NCBI GenBank assembly: GCA_010093995.1
Contig: ML992516.1
Location: 1-64,000 of the forward strand
Origin: Elsinoe ampelina
Lineage: Eukaryota
Length of the DNA stretch: 64,000 nt
Direction of reading: 5' to 3'
Shown here: in pieces, positions 34,787 to 46,369 of the stretch
Numbering within the stretch: position 1 is the first letter of the stretch
How the letters are laid out: each line of letters begins with the position of its first letter
Notes under the pieces: model-generated
What the model was told of the DNA's origin: nothing
Seen by the model: the letters and a program-made list of their open reading frames with translations, nothing else
Database searches by the model: none
Program-made: the position numbers and the translations under genes

Positions 34787-36763
34787 ATGTCAGGATCAGG
34801 GGTGCCTCCCGACCGAAGCTACAGGCCGATGGGCCCCGGCAACTTCTTCGCGAAACACGAGACACATGTCACCAGCGTCATCAACTTACAGGATCCTCCA
34901 CCACTTCCACGCAAGCTGACGAGGACGTACCGCATGACTCGCCCTTTCGTCCCGATGACCCCTTCAGAGCTACAGTCTGATGCCAACACTCCTGCAGACA
35001 CTACCAGAGTGGATACTGCATTGACTTCGGGGTCCTTGCGATCACACAACGTACATCAGGAGCTTCAGAGACCGAGGGGTCCATTGATTCAGACTATCAT
35101 CCGTCCTCAGCCACCCGGTTCACGCAAGGCAACTGATTCTACCCCTGTCCGTTCCAGGAAATCCGCGCGCACACCATACATATCCAGAGGTCAAAGGTAC
35201 CCTGACGTCGACGAGCCAGTGCCAGACGATGTACTCCGATCTCACGGCCTGAACCCGTTCCACTTCCGTAATCCCGAGGCAGCAGACGTCGCACAAATTC
35301 TCCTCAGAAATGGATTCGAGAGTCCAGCACCCACGCCAACTCCGCACTTCGCTCGTTTCCTACAGCAATGTCAGGATGAAGAAAATTCAACCGCAAGCCA
35401 GGATCAAGCACCCTCCCGACAGGCCATGGAAGAGCCAGACTCGATCGCAAACCACCAGGTCCTCCGCCAGCATCCGCTGCGTTCTTCTCATCCATTCAAG
35501 GACTACTATTGCATCGAGCAGGCCGACCTCTACTTCGCATACAAGTATCAAGGCATCATAATGTACTGCAACGAGATATGGGAACACGATCATCGCACCC
35601 CTGTGGGGCCGCCAGAAGAGGGATGGAAGACTCAAGGACTTGAGGAAGAGCGCGAGAAAGCCATCAAAAAGATGATTACCTCAGTCGCGGTTTACGATGA
35701 CGAGTTTCTCGACTATGCGATGCAGGGCAAAGTTGACAAGTACATCTACGGTCGCCCAGGTCAAGCCAGCTGTCTGCCAGATTCGCCACCCGACGACATT
35801 TCGGCCGAAGGTCATGTGAGACCGGAGACGTACGTGGTCCTCGTCATTGGCGACAAGGGAGCAGTACACAGTATCGGGGAGATGCGTCGCCTCGTCGAGA
35901 ACATTAAGGGATATTGCACTGACGTGGTCTTTGAGAAGGACCGGCTGGAAGGGGAGGTACAGGCACCACCTCAAGAGTTCGTTGATTACATCAAAGGAAT
36001 TGATCGTGCCATCGACATGAGGAACGAGAGAGAGCGATGTCCCCCTCTTACCGCCGCCGACGATCTCGTCGCGCAAGACATCACCCCAAGAAGATATCTA
36101 ACTCGCCAATCCGACGTCAAAGCAGCCACACAATGGGCCGACTCCATGATCCAGTACCTCGACAAGCTACAAACCGAGCTAGGCATGACGTCCACCGATC
36201 CATTCCCCCGAACCATGGCACACGTCGGGTACACCAACAACGGCATCGCTACACGGGCATCCCACTTCGCCCACACCAGCTCCTCTCCGCTGCTGGACCT
36301 CTTCGAGGCGACGAGCGTCTACCTCTTCGGCCAGAAGTATCGCATGAGGTACCACACTCTCCGCCTGGTGCACGATCGCGACCTCGCAGGGGTGCATCAA
36401 CATCTCGACCGTGTGATTCTAGCGTCGTACGTACATCTTGGCGGTCTGGATGCCGGCAGTGGTGGTAACGCTGATGTTCTCGCCCTGGAGGTGGCGCAAG
36501 GGGCGTTCGACGATGCGTTGCGGTGGTATATCGGCAATGGGTATGAGGAGCGTCTCAACACGCAATTCAAGAGAGCCGCGCGGGATTTGGCTGTGGCTGA
36601 GGTGTATCAGGTGACCCAGGATCTGGTTGCGGATTTGGTGGAGAGGGAGAATGGTAATGGGGACGGCGCACCGGTCGACCAAGCTGCTCTCGAGAGACGC
36701 CATCTCGTCACCTCGACGATTGTTGATGCGCTCATTGAGTGGGACCGTGGTCGCTACGAGTGA
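34787..36763 (+). CDS. Hypothetical protein (~658 aa) with a possible degenerate GIY-YIG-like C-terminal region
   Basis: Long intronless ORF. Disordered N-terminus and globular C-terminus containing HVGYTNN...R..H..H.SS and a later GGL motif. Confidence 0.65.
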   Translation: MSGSGVPPDRSYRPMGPGNFFAKHETHVTSVINLQDPPPLPRKLTRTYRMTRPFVPMTPSELQSDANTPADTTRVDTALTSGSLRSHNVHQELQRPRGPLIQTIIRPQPPGSRKATDSTPVRSRKSARTPYISRGQRYPDVDEPVPDDVLRSHGLNPFHFRNPEAADVAQILLRNGFESPAPTPTPHFARFLQQCQDEENSTASQDQAPSRQAMEEPDSIANHQVLRQHPLRSSHPFKDYYCIEQADLYFAYKYQGIIMYCNEIWEHDHRTPVGPPEEGWKTQGLEEEREKAIKKMITSVAVYDDEFLDYAMQGKVDKYIYGRPGQASCLPDSPPDDISAEGHVRPETYVVLVIGDKGAVHSIGEMRRLVENIKGYCTDVVFEKDRLEGEVQAPPQEFVDYIKGIDRAIDMRNERERCPPLTAADDLVAQDITPRRYLTRQSDVKAATQWADSMIQYLDKLQTELGMTSTDPFPRTMAHVGYTNNGIATRASHFAHTSSSPLLDLFEATSVYLFGQKYRMRYHTLRLVHDRDLAGVHQHLDRVILASYVHLGGLDAGSGGNADVLALEVAQGAFDDALRWYIGNGYEERLNTQFKRAARDLAVAEVYQVTQDLVADLVERENGNGDGAPVDQAALERRHLVTSTIVDALIEWDRGRYE

Positions 36764-37019
36764 AGTGGAGCAGGTGGTTGAGGGGAAACATGTACACTAG
36801 TCAGCGAATCGCTGAGATTTGCTGGGATTGCAGATCTCGAGGACGGTCACGAATGGATACAAGTCTTGATCAATTGAACTATCTGCGTTGAGAATCCCTC
36901 CATGCTCCATCCAATCCATGAAACATCGCCGTCTGGTATTTTGAGTGTTGAACCCCATTCTTTGGCCTTTTTCGACCTACTCCATGAACGCCGTCAAACA
37001 TCATTCATGCCATCATCCC

Positions 37020-38592
37020 TTATACCGGGAGGGGGAAGGTGCCAGCCCACGCGGCAATCTCCTTCTTGAGGTTGTTGATATCCTCGATCTCGCCGGATGC
37101 GACCTTGACTTTGAAGTCCTTCTGCTTGTTCGCCTCCTTGGGGAGATCACCTTGGACCTTCTTAACAATTTTGATGCTCTGGTCGATGTAGCCAGCGATC
37201 CGCTTGAAGTCTTCCTCGCCCATACCGCGGCTTGTCATGGCTGGAGCACCAATACGGATACCGCAGGGGGTGAGAGCGGACTTGTCGCCAGGAGTGGTGT
37301 TCTTGTTGCAAGCAATATTGACCTGCTCTAGGACGGCTTCGACGCGGGCGCCATCGAGTGCCAAGGGCTTGAGGTCGAGGAGGACCATGTGGTTGTCGGT
37401 ACCGCCAGTGACGAGGGTGTAGCCGCGAGCCTTGAACTCGTGCTCGAGAGCCTTGGCATTCTTGATGACCTGCTGCTGGTATTGCCTGAACTCATCGGTC
37501 TGCGCCTGCTTGAGGGCGACTGCGAGGGCAGTAATTGTGTGGTTGTGGGGACCGCCTTGGTGACCAGGGAAGACGGAGAAGTTGATTGGTCCCTCAAGAT
37601 CGTATAAGACCTGGACTTCCTTGCCAGCCCTGACCTCTGTCTTTCTTACTCCCTTCCTGAAGAAGATCATGGCACCTCGTGGACCACGCAAGCTCTTGTG
37701 GGTAGTTGTGGTGACAATATCGGCGAATTCGAAGGGAGACTTGTTGACGCGGCCAGCGACGAGACCGGAGATATGGGCCATGTCGACCATGAGGTAGCAG
37801 CCAACCTTGTCTGCGATCTGCTTCATGCGGGCGTAGTCGATCTCGCGGCAGTAGGCAGAGGTGCCGGCTACGAGAACCTTGGGGCGGTACATGAGGGCGT
37901 TCTCCTCGAGCCTGTCGTAGTCGATGATGCCTGTCTCGAGGTTGACTCGGTATGGGAAGGTTTCAAAGTAGGTGGAGACGGCGGAGATCCTGACCGGTTA
38001 GTGGGAGCCGGAGAGGGTGTTGCAGAAGGTGCTTACTTCTTGGTGGGCGTCTGGTACCCATGGGACAAGTGACCACCGTGGGGGAGATCAAGACCCATCA
38101 ATCGGTCGTGTGGCCGCATGATGGCCTGGTATACCTGCAGATTGGCGGGGCTTCCTGACAAGCACTGTACGTTGACACCCCATTTCTCCGAATCGAGGCC
38201 AAAAGTCTCGAGAGCCCGGCGTTGGCAGGTGAGCTCGATCTGGTCGATGTGCTCGTTGCCTCCATAGTATCTGGCTCCCGGGTATCCTTCCGAGTACTTG
38301 TTGCTCATGGGCGATCCGAGAGCATCGAAAACGGCCTTGGATGTGACGTTCTCGGAGGCAATGAGGAGGATAGACTCTTTCTGGCGTTGGATCTCCTTCT
38401 TCATGATCTCGGCAATCTCGGGATCAGTGTCGACCAGGGACTTGTGCATAAGCTACTAGCTGTCAGTATCTCGTCCACGAATGCGTGGAGAGCTGCTTGA
38501 CTCACGTCCCTGTGGGCAGCGGGTAGAGCATATGTGCCCTCCTTGTGTACTCCGTCGACGCCATTGACGCCGTTGACTCCGTTGGTAGCCAT
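37020..38592 (-). CDS. SHM2: Serine hydroxymethyltransferase, cytosolic type (3 exons)
   Basis: [35 protein letters not shown]-lysine motif [13 protein letters not shown], and [11 protein letters not shown]. No mitochondrial presequence. Confidence 0.95.
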
Positions 38593-38989
38593 GATGTGTC
38601 TGAGGTAATATGCTGCGCTGTGATTGCTTCAAGTGAGAGCCTGAGGAGAAAAGCTCAAGGACCACGGTCAATTTGTATCGGTGGAAGGGTTCCCGCACGA
38701 TTTTCAGATCAGCGGAACTGGATGCAGATTTGCAGCAGAAAGGGTCCACTGTTCCATCAAAATTCCCCGGCGGAAACGGAGCCGGAGCCGGAACCCCACC
38801 AGTCTGTACCAGAACAGATCGCCGCAGCAAGGGCCGTTTCGTGCGGTACCACGTGTTTCGACAACATCATACCTTCAACTTCTTGCAGGTACATGGCGCG
38901 ATCAGATTATTGGCTCTGACTACCGTCAAAGACTCTCGGAAGCTGAATGTCGTGGACTTCGCTCGGCCAATGCTATTTACCCCCATCAT

Positions 38990-39530
38990 TTTTGCTAGTT
39001 ATACCTACCTCCAAGCCGCTAAGAGCGGCACACTAGCTTAATGTAGTAAGGTATCTATCTAGCCTACTCATTCACTTATGAACCCCCTTGAGAAGCACTA
39101 CGTAAGCAGATTGGACGTTTCAATTGGTCGGAGTGCGGCTCTCTCGGCGACTGCCCGATCGAGCTAGCGGCGGTCAGGGCCGCCATTCGCCTCGCTCGGG
39201 CACAATCATTGGTCAGAATCGCTCTGCTTCGCAAGGGGGTGTGCTTCTCAACCCCCTTGTGCACGTTACTCGCTACGCTCGTACGAGCCAGAAAACAATC
39301 TCAGCTAGGTCGCTCGCCGCTAGGCAGGTGTTATACTAATAGCTTAAGGAAAGACAGGCTACTATGTAGGCGGAGCTGCTGTAGAACAATTTAAGCTTGT
39401 ACTAGCGGCTTGGGGGTAGGTAACCAGCAGTCTACAGCCCTAGACGTATCTCGGACGACTCTACCTTGCCCTCAAGACTTTACTCGCGCACACTCTTCAG
39501 CGCTGTCAAGGGCTTTCCACTGAACCTATT
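38990..39530. mobile_element. Possible short transposon relic (TA-enriched, several inverted repeats)
   Basis: Local TpA enrichment. Hairpins GCCGCT-AAG-AGCGGC and CAAGGGGGT-N10-ACCCCCTTG (39232-39259). An 11-bp inverted repeat links 39088-39098 and 39241-39251. Confidence 0.35.
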
Positions 39531-40116
39531 ACACCGGCTCATGTAGTGGGGTCTTCGATACGGTCGCTATCATCCGACTCTCTTCGCGCCACTGCTGTGG
39601 TCCGTGTGGCTCATGAAGACACCCATCTCCTGACTCCACGCCATGGTGGAGACTGCGCTGTCCAGTAGCGGCTTTGGGATGCCATACGTTAGTATATTGC
39701 GACTGTCCGGAACGCAAAAGTCTATCGAGAGGCAGGGACCTGCGAAATAGTGCACGCTACCATCGCGTGAGCAGTCTGTCGCTCACAAGAGAAGGGTGCA
39801 GATGTCCAGTCTATGTTGGAATCATGCTGGATGTCGTTTCCGGAGTTAACGCGGCGGCCTGCGGCGGATACAGCATCTAGGCTTTTGAGCAGCATGAGAA
39901 GAGTCCATGTAGCCCTACAACATGGTCTGCAAGGGTTCCTTGTTGTCATGGTCGACGGAGGGAAAATTGTCCCGTGTCTCTCGACGAGATTCAAGTATAA
40001 AAGCACCATGATACATGGTCGAGCCGTTTCCAGTCAAGCATCCTCTCCCTCTGCTCTTTTATATCATCCATTATTCATCCTAGCTCTTCCCAATCCCTCA
40101 GTTCCAGGTCTCGACA

Positions 40117-40584
40117 ATGATGTTCCCTTCAATGCGGCCATTACTTTAGGCACTCTTGCTGCTGGTCAGCTTCACCTGGGCTGCCCCAGCCGCTTTGGTA
40201 GCTCGTCAAGGAAGCTGCCTCTCTGCAGCAGCCAGGCCTTCGACAATCAACACAATCGGCCGCGTTAGCTTCCAGAGAGCGATTGACGCGGAGTCTCAAA
40301 ACACATGGTTGGTAGGCAACCTCCTGGACCTCCACATTGACGCCACCACGGTCAATACCGGAAACCACATCACAGTCAGGATCACCAACCGCGCCACAAC
40401 CTCCAATGCTATCATACTTAGCAACTATGTGGACACCAATGCACGCGTGGCGAGACAGACAGTCACCGTCCATGTCGGGGCTCAAACGAGCGGCGGCGGA
40501 GTTGTCTGCCCTGGCACTACTGAGGAGTGCGTGCGGCTTCCCCGCCTCGATGGTACCTGGTACTTCCAACAGGAGCATGCTTAG
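40117..40584 (+). pseudogene. Small secreted-type protein gene with an in-frame TAG in the signal peptide
   Basis: MMFPSMRPLL*ALLLLVSFTWAAPAALVARQ then about 125 aa with 3 Cys. TAG at 40147-40149. TATAAAAG near 39997. Confidence 0.6.
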
Positions 40585-41149
40585 GCGACACTTGAGGCGT
40601 GCCTTAGTGGAATGTTGTGGTCAACCCAGCAAGGAGCATCTTCACCCTGGATATCCAAAGATCACAATGCTGCGTCTACGCTTGAAGCAGAACACGGGAG
40701 ATCTCAAGTGAGAAAGCAGAACAGAACAAAAAAGAAGTTGCGTCAATGTTTGGGCTATTTTGTGTTTTGAATTGGTTGTTCGAGAATGTATTTTACCTTC
40801 ATGTTGGCACTTTGGGGCCTCATTACTTACTTTCATCGAGCGATACCGCTTATTATAGACTGTTGTATCAAGGCTTTGCCCACCAAACTAATTTGTACTC
40901 GTGCCAAAGATTGCAGAAGCAGGAGAATGACTTCCAATTGCACCGACGTCGTCACGTGGCCCGACGGTGTGGTTCGGCCATCGGGCGATCCCGCTACTTT
41001 CCACTGGACGCTGCGCCAATGAGAAATTTGATCGCTGCGCCCCTGGCGGACCAAGTTAAAATCAGTCAGTCGTCTGACACCGGGTTCATGTCTACAATCA
41101 AAATGCTACACGTTTATGCACGTCCATCGCGTTATTACCCTTTCGTGCC

Positions 41150-42484
41150 ATGAAGTACGGCCATGAGTATTCCGAGGCTTTGGCCAGCAATGAATTCCCG
41201 ACCGACTGGGTCTCGGCAGCCGTCTCTTACCGAGCATTAAAGAAATGCATCAAGCAAGTCCAGCGAGAACTTGAGCAATACGGGCTTGATGCTGAGACCT
41301 TGAAGACCCTTGACAGTTCCTTTGGTGTGAATAAAGGTGATGTTGGGCCAAAAACGTCGTCTTTCACGCCCGAGTTGTGGGTGGCGGTGGACGAGGAGAC
41401 GGGACAGTTCCTGCACGTAGGCTTGACCAACACCACCAAACAGTATCTTCATCACAGGAAGAGCACTCTCAGTCTAGGTCGTGAGCTGGGAGAGTTTAAG
41501 CTAGACGCTCCGACGACCTCAGAAGAACCACCAACGACAGATATCGATGTACCAGTACCATCACGAGTGACATGGAAACTGATCCCTCTGACTACCGTAA
41601 CGACCTTCTTCAACTCTCTGGATCCTGCACTGGCCGGACTCGAATCGATACATGACAAGGAAGCGGCTCGACTCAGAACCAAGATAATCGACCTGGGCAA
41701 TGTGGTATCAACAGCAACCAGCGCCCCGGCTGCAGCCAGGCATAAAGTCGTCAAAGCTTCAGACAAGGACATGAGAATCTGGCGGCAGCTCTTCGAGCTC
41801 TACCTCGAGACCCCCATTTTCTTCTCCACTCACGAGGTTGACTATGGTACACGGTCATATGCCAAAGCGAAGACACAGCTGCAGCTCTTCTCTGATCGCC
41901 TAATCAAGACCGGACTTACCAAGAAGTTTCGCAACAAGGAATCAAAGACTGCTCTCGATGCCTTCATCACCCTAAACCTTGACATTCTCCGCATCATGCA
42001 CTTCGAGGAGATGAATACCCTGGCTGTCCGCAAGATTCTCAAGAAGTTCGACAAGCGCACCAGCCTCGGCGCCAGCAAAGCATACCGCTTGAACACTGCT
42101 GGTCCCTTGGCTCGTAGCATTGCCAAAGACATGTGCGCCGAGATTCAGACGAATGTCATGGTGGTAGTTCCACAACTCGACGACTACCTCTGCCCAGTTT
42201 GCACCGAGCTTGCCTGGAAGCCTATCAAGCTGGGATGCTGCAACGCCATCTTCTGCATCCGCTGTGTTATTCAGCTGCAGAGGAGCGATGAGTTGAGGTG
42301 TCCAATGTGCAGATCCGAGAGCGTTCCAGCCGCCGACTCGTCCAGGATCGACAGGGACACCATGCTAAGATTACAGAAATACTTTCCCAAGGAAGTCAGG
42401 ATCAAGCAGGCTGCCAATGAAAGAGCAGCAGGTGTGGATCTCTATGGTGTCAATTTCTACAGGAGTACTTGCTCGGTTATGTAA
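41150..42484 (+). CDS. SPX domain + RING finger E3 ligase-like protein with C-terminal CaaX-like CSVM
   Basis: SPX motifs MKYG...W..AAVSYRALKKCIK and N.LAVRKILKKFDKRT. RING CPVC...C...FCIRC...CPMC. Confidence 0.85.
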   Translation: MKYGHEYSEALASNEFPTDWVSAAVSYRALKKCIKQVQRELEQYGLDAETLKTLDSSFGVNKGDVGPKTSSFTPELWVAVDEETGQFLHVGLTNTTKQYLHHRKSTLSLGRELGEFKLDAPTTSEEPPTTDIDVPVPSRVTWKLIPLTTVTTFFNSLDPALAGLESIHDKEAARLRTKIIDLGNVVSTATSAPAAARHKVVKASDKDMRIWRQLFELYLETPIFFSTHEVDYGTRSYAKAKTQLQLFSDRLIKTGLTKKFRNKESKTALDAFITLNLDILRIMHFEEMNTLAVRKILKKFDKRTSLGASKAYRLNTAGPLARSIAKDMCAEIQTNVMVVVPQLDDYLCPVCTELAWKPIKLGCCNAIFCIRCVIQLQRSDELRCPMCRSESVPAADSSRIDRDTMLRLQKYFPKEVRIKQAANERAAGVDLYGVNFYRSTCSVM

Positions 42485-42801
42485 ACGATAGGCGAGCGTC
42501 GAGGCCAGCGATTGGGCTTCGAACAAGCTTATTGACGATTATTATGATATTCTACAGCACTTTCGCAAGAAGGGAACAAGGAGCAGTAATGAGCGGTGGA
42601 TCTTTCAATATTTCGGCAGGGCTTGACCCTCACAGCAGACGATGACTTCGATCACCCCGCAGATCCACCTGCAGACGTCATCTCAATGCCCCATCACGAC
42701 CAGCTTATATTTGTAATTAGATTCTTTATTGATATACCCAATTGATCTCTTTTCGTCCCTGCTTCTATCCTGGGAAATCAAATATCGTCAACCTCATCAA
42801 G

Positions 42802-44163
42802 ATGCCGCCACCAGACGCTGACCTACACCCTGTCGCCACCGGACTGGCCAAGAAGATCGTCGATGAGCATCAGGCGGAACAGGATCTCAAGCTATATGCG
42901 GGCTGGTTCTGTCCTTTTGTGCAGAGGACATGGACGGTGCTTGAGGAGAAGGGCATTCCGTACCGTGAGTATTTACTCTATAATCGAGCTCGCGGCGGGT
43001 ATTTTGCCCGCACTGTTGTCTGTCGAATCACGTCTACCATCAGTCGTCATGACAATCTTGAGCACACCTGGCCTCGTCCTATCATCCTTCACTCAGTGCC
43101 TTCGCCGTTTCTCCCTACCTCCTCCACTCTTCTCGACCTACTGCGTCCCTTTCACCCACCCCTGCCTCCCTCCCTCCACTCTCCTCATCACTCTCCCCTT
43201 CACTCTCCCTTCCACCCTCCCCTTTGCCCCCAGCTCCCACCTGCCCGCTCTCTGCCACTAACACCCCAAAGAGTACATCGAAGTCAACCCCTACCACAAA
43301 CCCCAATCCCTCCTCACCCTCAACCCGCGCGGCCTCGTCCCCACCCTCGCCCACCAAAACCGGCCCCTCTACGAATCCACCGTCATCAGCGAATTCCTCG
43401 AAGAAGCCTACCCAGACCACAAACCGCACCTCCTCCCCTCCGACCCCTACGAGCGAGCCAGGACCAGGATCTGGACAGACTTTTGCACCTCCAGGATCAT
43501 TCCGGCGTATCATCGATTCTTGCAGTGCCAGGATGAGGGCCAGATCGGGGAGTTGAGAGGGGAGTTCTTGGGGCATCTGAAGGAGTTTACCAAGGAGATG
43601 GATAAGGAGAGCCCGTTCTTTGGTGGGAAGGAGGTGGGGTTGATCGATTTGGTCGTGGCGCCTTGGGCGGTGAGTGATTCCTATTTTTTTTGCTGGAGGG
43701 GTTGGAGGAGCAGGCGAGAGAGGCAGTGGGGTTGGTCAGGTACTACCAGTGCCGGTGCTAGACTCCATGATGCATGGCGATTATGCTGGTGCCGTTGTCC
43801 GCCCTGGTAGTTTCTCCATGGGCGATGGGCATGGTTCGCCTGGTCGCGTCGGCTACACCTCACCCCCTTTCCGATCGTGTGTCCCAATGCCTTCAAGAAC
43901 TCACTGACTTTTTCTAGATCCGCCTCTGGGTCTTCGATCACTTCAAAGGCGGCATCGGTATCCCTGGTCCCGGCCAAGGAGGCGATGACGAAGCCGTCTG
44001 GTCTCGCTGGCGCAAATGGGTCGAGGCCATCCAGGAACGACCGAGCGTGAAGAACACGACGAGCGAGAGAGAGTACTATCTGCCGATCTACCAGAAGTAT
44101 GCCGAAGATCGGGCGCAGTCGGAATTGGCAAAGGCGACGCGGAAGGGGAGGGGTGTGCCTTGA
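42802..44163 (+). CDS. Glutathione S-transferase (Cys-type/omega-like CPF active site), 3 exons
   Basis: LYAGWFCPFVQR, NPRGLVPTL, LYESTVISEFLEE, DLVVAPWA. Introns 42965-43271 and 43670-43917. Confidence 0.88.
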
Positions 44164-44244
44164 GTTCTGCTCTGAGATCTAGGAGGTGTCAGCTGTGTAG
44201 TCATGCGTGTAGGTATAGGAATCGAGGATACCTTTGATGTGGTA

Positions 44245-45027
44245 CTACCACCAGCTGTGCCCCTTGTCTATCTTCGCCAGTCGCTCCGCCCAGTACTGCC
44301 CCTCTTTCGCTCTCGCCGCCGCCACCTCCTTCGCCTGCTTCTTCGCGTCCTCTTGCCTACTCAACTCTGCCAGGTGTTCCGCCACCTGCTGTCTCATCAT
44401 CGCCCTCTCTTCTTGCCGCCGCCTCTTCGCCATCGTCTTCGCCCACTCCGGCTTGGACTTCCAGTCCACGTGTAATCTATGCATCTTGTCAGCCATGGTA
44501 TACAGTTACTACGCGTGCATGTAGCATCGATTAGTGCCCTGAAGCTAGCCGTACACCTCGCTGAGGTGTGTGTTGGTGTATGTTTGTGCCAACGTGATGT
44601 GCTAGCTCAAGTGCTCGAAGCTGGTGTGAGGGGAGGGGTAGATGAAGGAAATCTCGCGTCGAAAAATCGGTGGCAAGCCCTTTCGCAATGATTGCTACTC
44701 GTGTCAGGGGAATGAGTGGGAGAATTTGGCTTACACCATCCTGTTCAACAACCCTTGCTCCTCACCTGGCAAGGCCGCTGGCTGCTCAGGTGAGGGCGAA
44801 GGGGGCGTGATTTTGATCTCGGGGGCGACCGCCTCTTCCTTCTTCCAGGTGGGCGTGAGCCTCGCCAACGTCTCTGCTTCGTCCCAGATCACGTCGCCGA
44901 GGAAGGCCATGAGAGAGGACTCTTCCTCGTTGACGACCTGAGAGCTGGTCTTGACGCTGACGATCCAGCTGTCTTCTTCTTCTGCCTTCTCACTCGTCGC
45001 ACGGCTGTGGTAGTATGTGGTGCTCAT
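44245..45027 (-). CDS. Hypothetical or possibly degenerate gene (two protein-like ORFs; exon structure unresolved)
   Basis: ORFs 45027-44731 and 44496-44245 have protein-like composition and intron-like signals between them, but no clean in-frame join was found. Confidence 0.3.
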
Positions 45028-45300
45028 CTTGTCCTTGATGATTAGCTTTCCGATGAAGCGATTGAGCTGCTGCTGGTACTGCTATGTTGTTACCGTGTGT
45101 GATGTTGTATAGGGTGGCTCGCTGCTGGCTCACCTCCTGGCTCACCGCTACCCCTGACAAGCTACCCAGCGCGCAGGGAAGCCACTAGAAGCACTCTACG
45201 TCACCCCCAGCCTCTTCCACGGCAACCAGCTCGTCGCTAGGCACCCATTCTAGGTTTAGGGCGGCTGAATCAGCGGGACGCCTTACGTGATCTCGAGGGA

Positions 45301-45347
45301 CATATAAGCTGGCTTCCTCCCCCTTTCCTCCTTCTCTTTTCTTTCTC
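45301..45347 (+). promoter_or_regulatory. snRNA-type core promoter: CATATAA plus pyrimidine tract
   Basis: Same layout and spacing (46-48 nt to the +1 A) as at 48106 and 49208. Confidence 0.6.
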
Positions 45348-45540
45348 ATGACTACTAATGATTCGCTAGGCAATGCTCTGCTCTGCTGCGCTGCGCCTAG
45401 TATGGATCTATGGTTTCATGCTTGCACTCCTTGACCGGTTTGCAACCACTTTTTGGACCCAGGCTGGTGATCCCTGAGCTTGCTCACATCACTGGCCACA
45501 GTGTCGCTCGTATTGCACTTCCTCGAGCTGACGCAAACCC
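45348..45540 (+). ncRNA. U2-like variant snRNA (~193 nt): U2-type 3' domain, non-canonical 5' domain
   Basis: Sm-like ACUUUUUGG at nt ~101 (45448-45456). SLIII-like stem 45462-45497 with GAGCUUGCUC apex. SLIV-like stem 45501-45534 with UAUUGCAC loop. Promoter and 3' flank are shared with the U1 gene. Confidence 0.7.
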
Positions 45541-46369
45541 TTTTCATCATATCATGGCTCTACTGCTGTGCTTTGGAGAAGAGCCCTGTGCCTTTGTGAC
45601 TGTGAGACTGGCTGAGTATGGTGTCCTCATGTCGAAATGCTGCGTGTGTGATGTGGGCTTGTGAGGATGAGAAGCAGTGGTATCTACAGAGGCTCTTGGA
45701 GGACTGGCGGCGCGTGGTATATTCATGGTTTTCACGTAGAATCATTTATCAGGTGGGGCACGACAATTTCATGTCCTCAGATAGCACGCGAGATGATGTG
45801 GTGGTGCTGTGGGACGATAGGTGCTGAGCTGATGAGGCTCGAAACTGGTGCTGGCAGGGCTCAAGAGGCAGAGATGCCATAGATGTGATGAGCAGTCGGC
45901 GCAGCCACGGTGCTCGTATGGTCTCAAAGAGACTTTCAATGTATGGTATAGCCACTGATCCTCCTCTTCCGTGATCTTGAAGCTCTTCTGAGGCGTTGCC
46001 AATTTATGCGCTCGATCCGCCTGTTCCATCGTCGCGTGAAGCTGAAGCTGGACAGCTGGAGGAGGATCTTGCATGGCCGATTTTGACACCCACAAGCTCT
46101 GAATTGATGCGTATGATGATTCGAAAGAAGCGTAGAGGTCCATAGATCGTTAATTCGGTGATACGATGTGGATGCCATTCGTATCGCTAGCGTGTTCTCG
46201 AAATGTGTATTCTCGGCCCTTGTTTTGGTGACGCCTGACGCGGGCTGGTATGGCTTCTCCCAAAGCTTCGCAAACCTCACCACCAACACCCACGGCAAAA
46301 ATCAACCGACTACCACACCATCACCTCCCCTCGCATACCAACCTCTCCAACGACATATACAAGCTCAAG

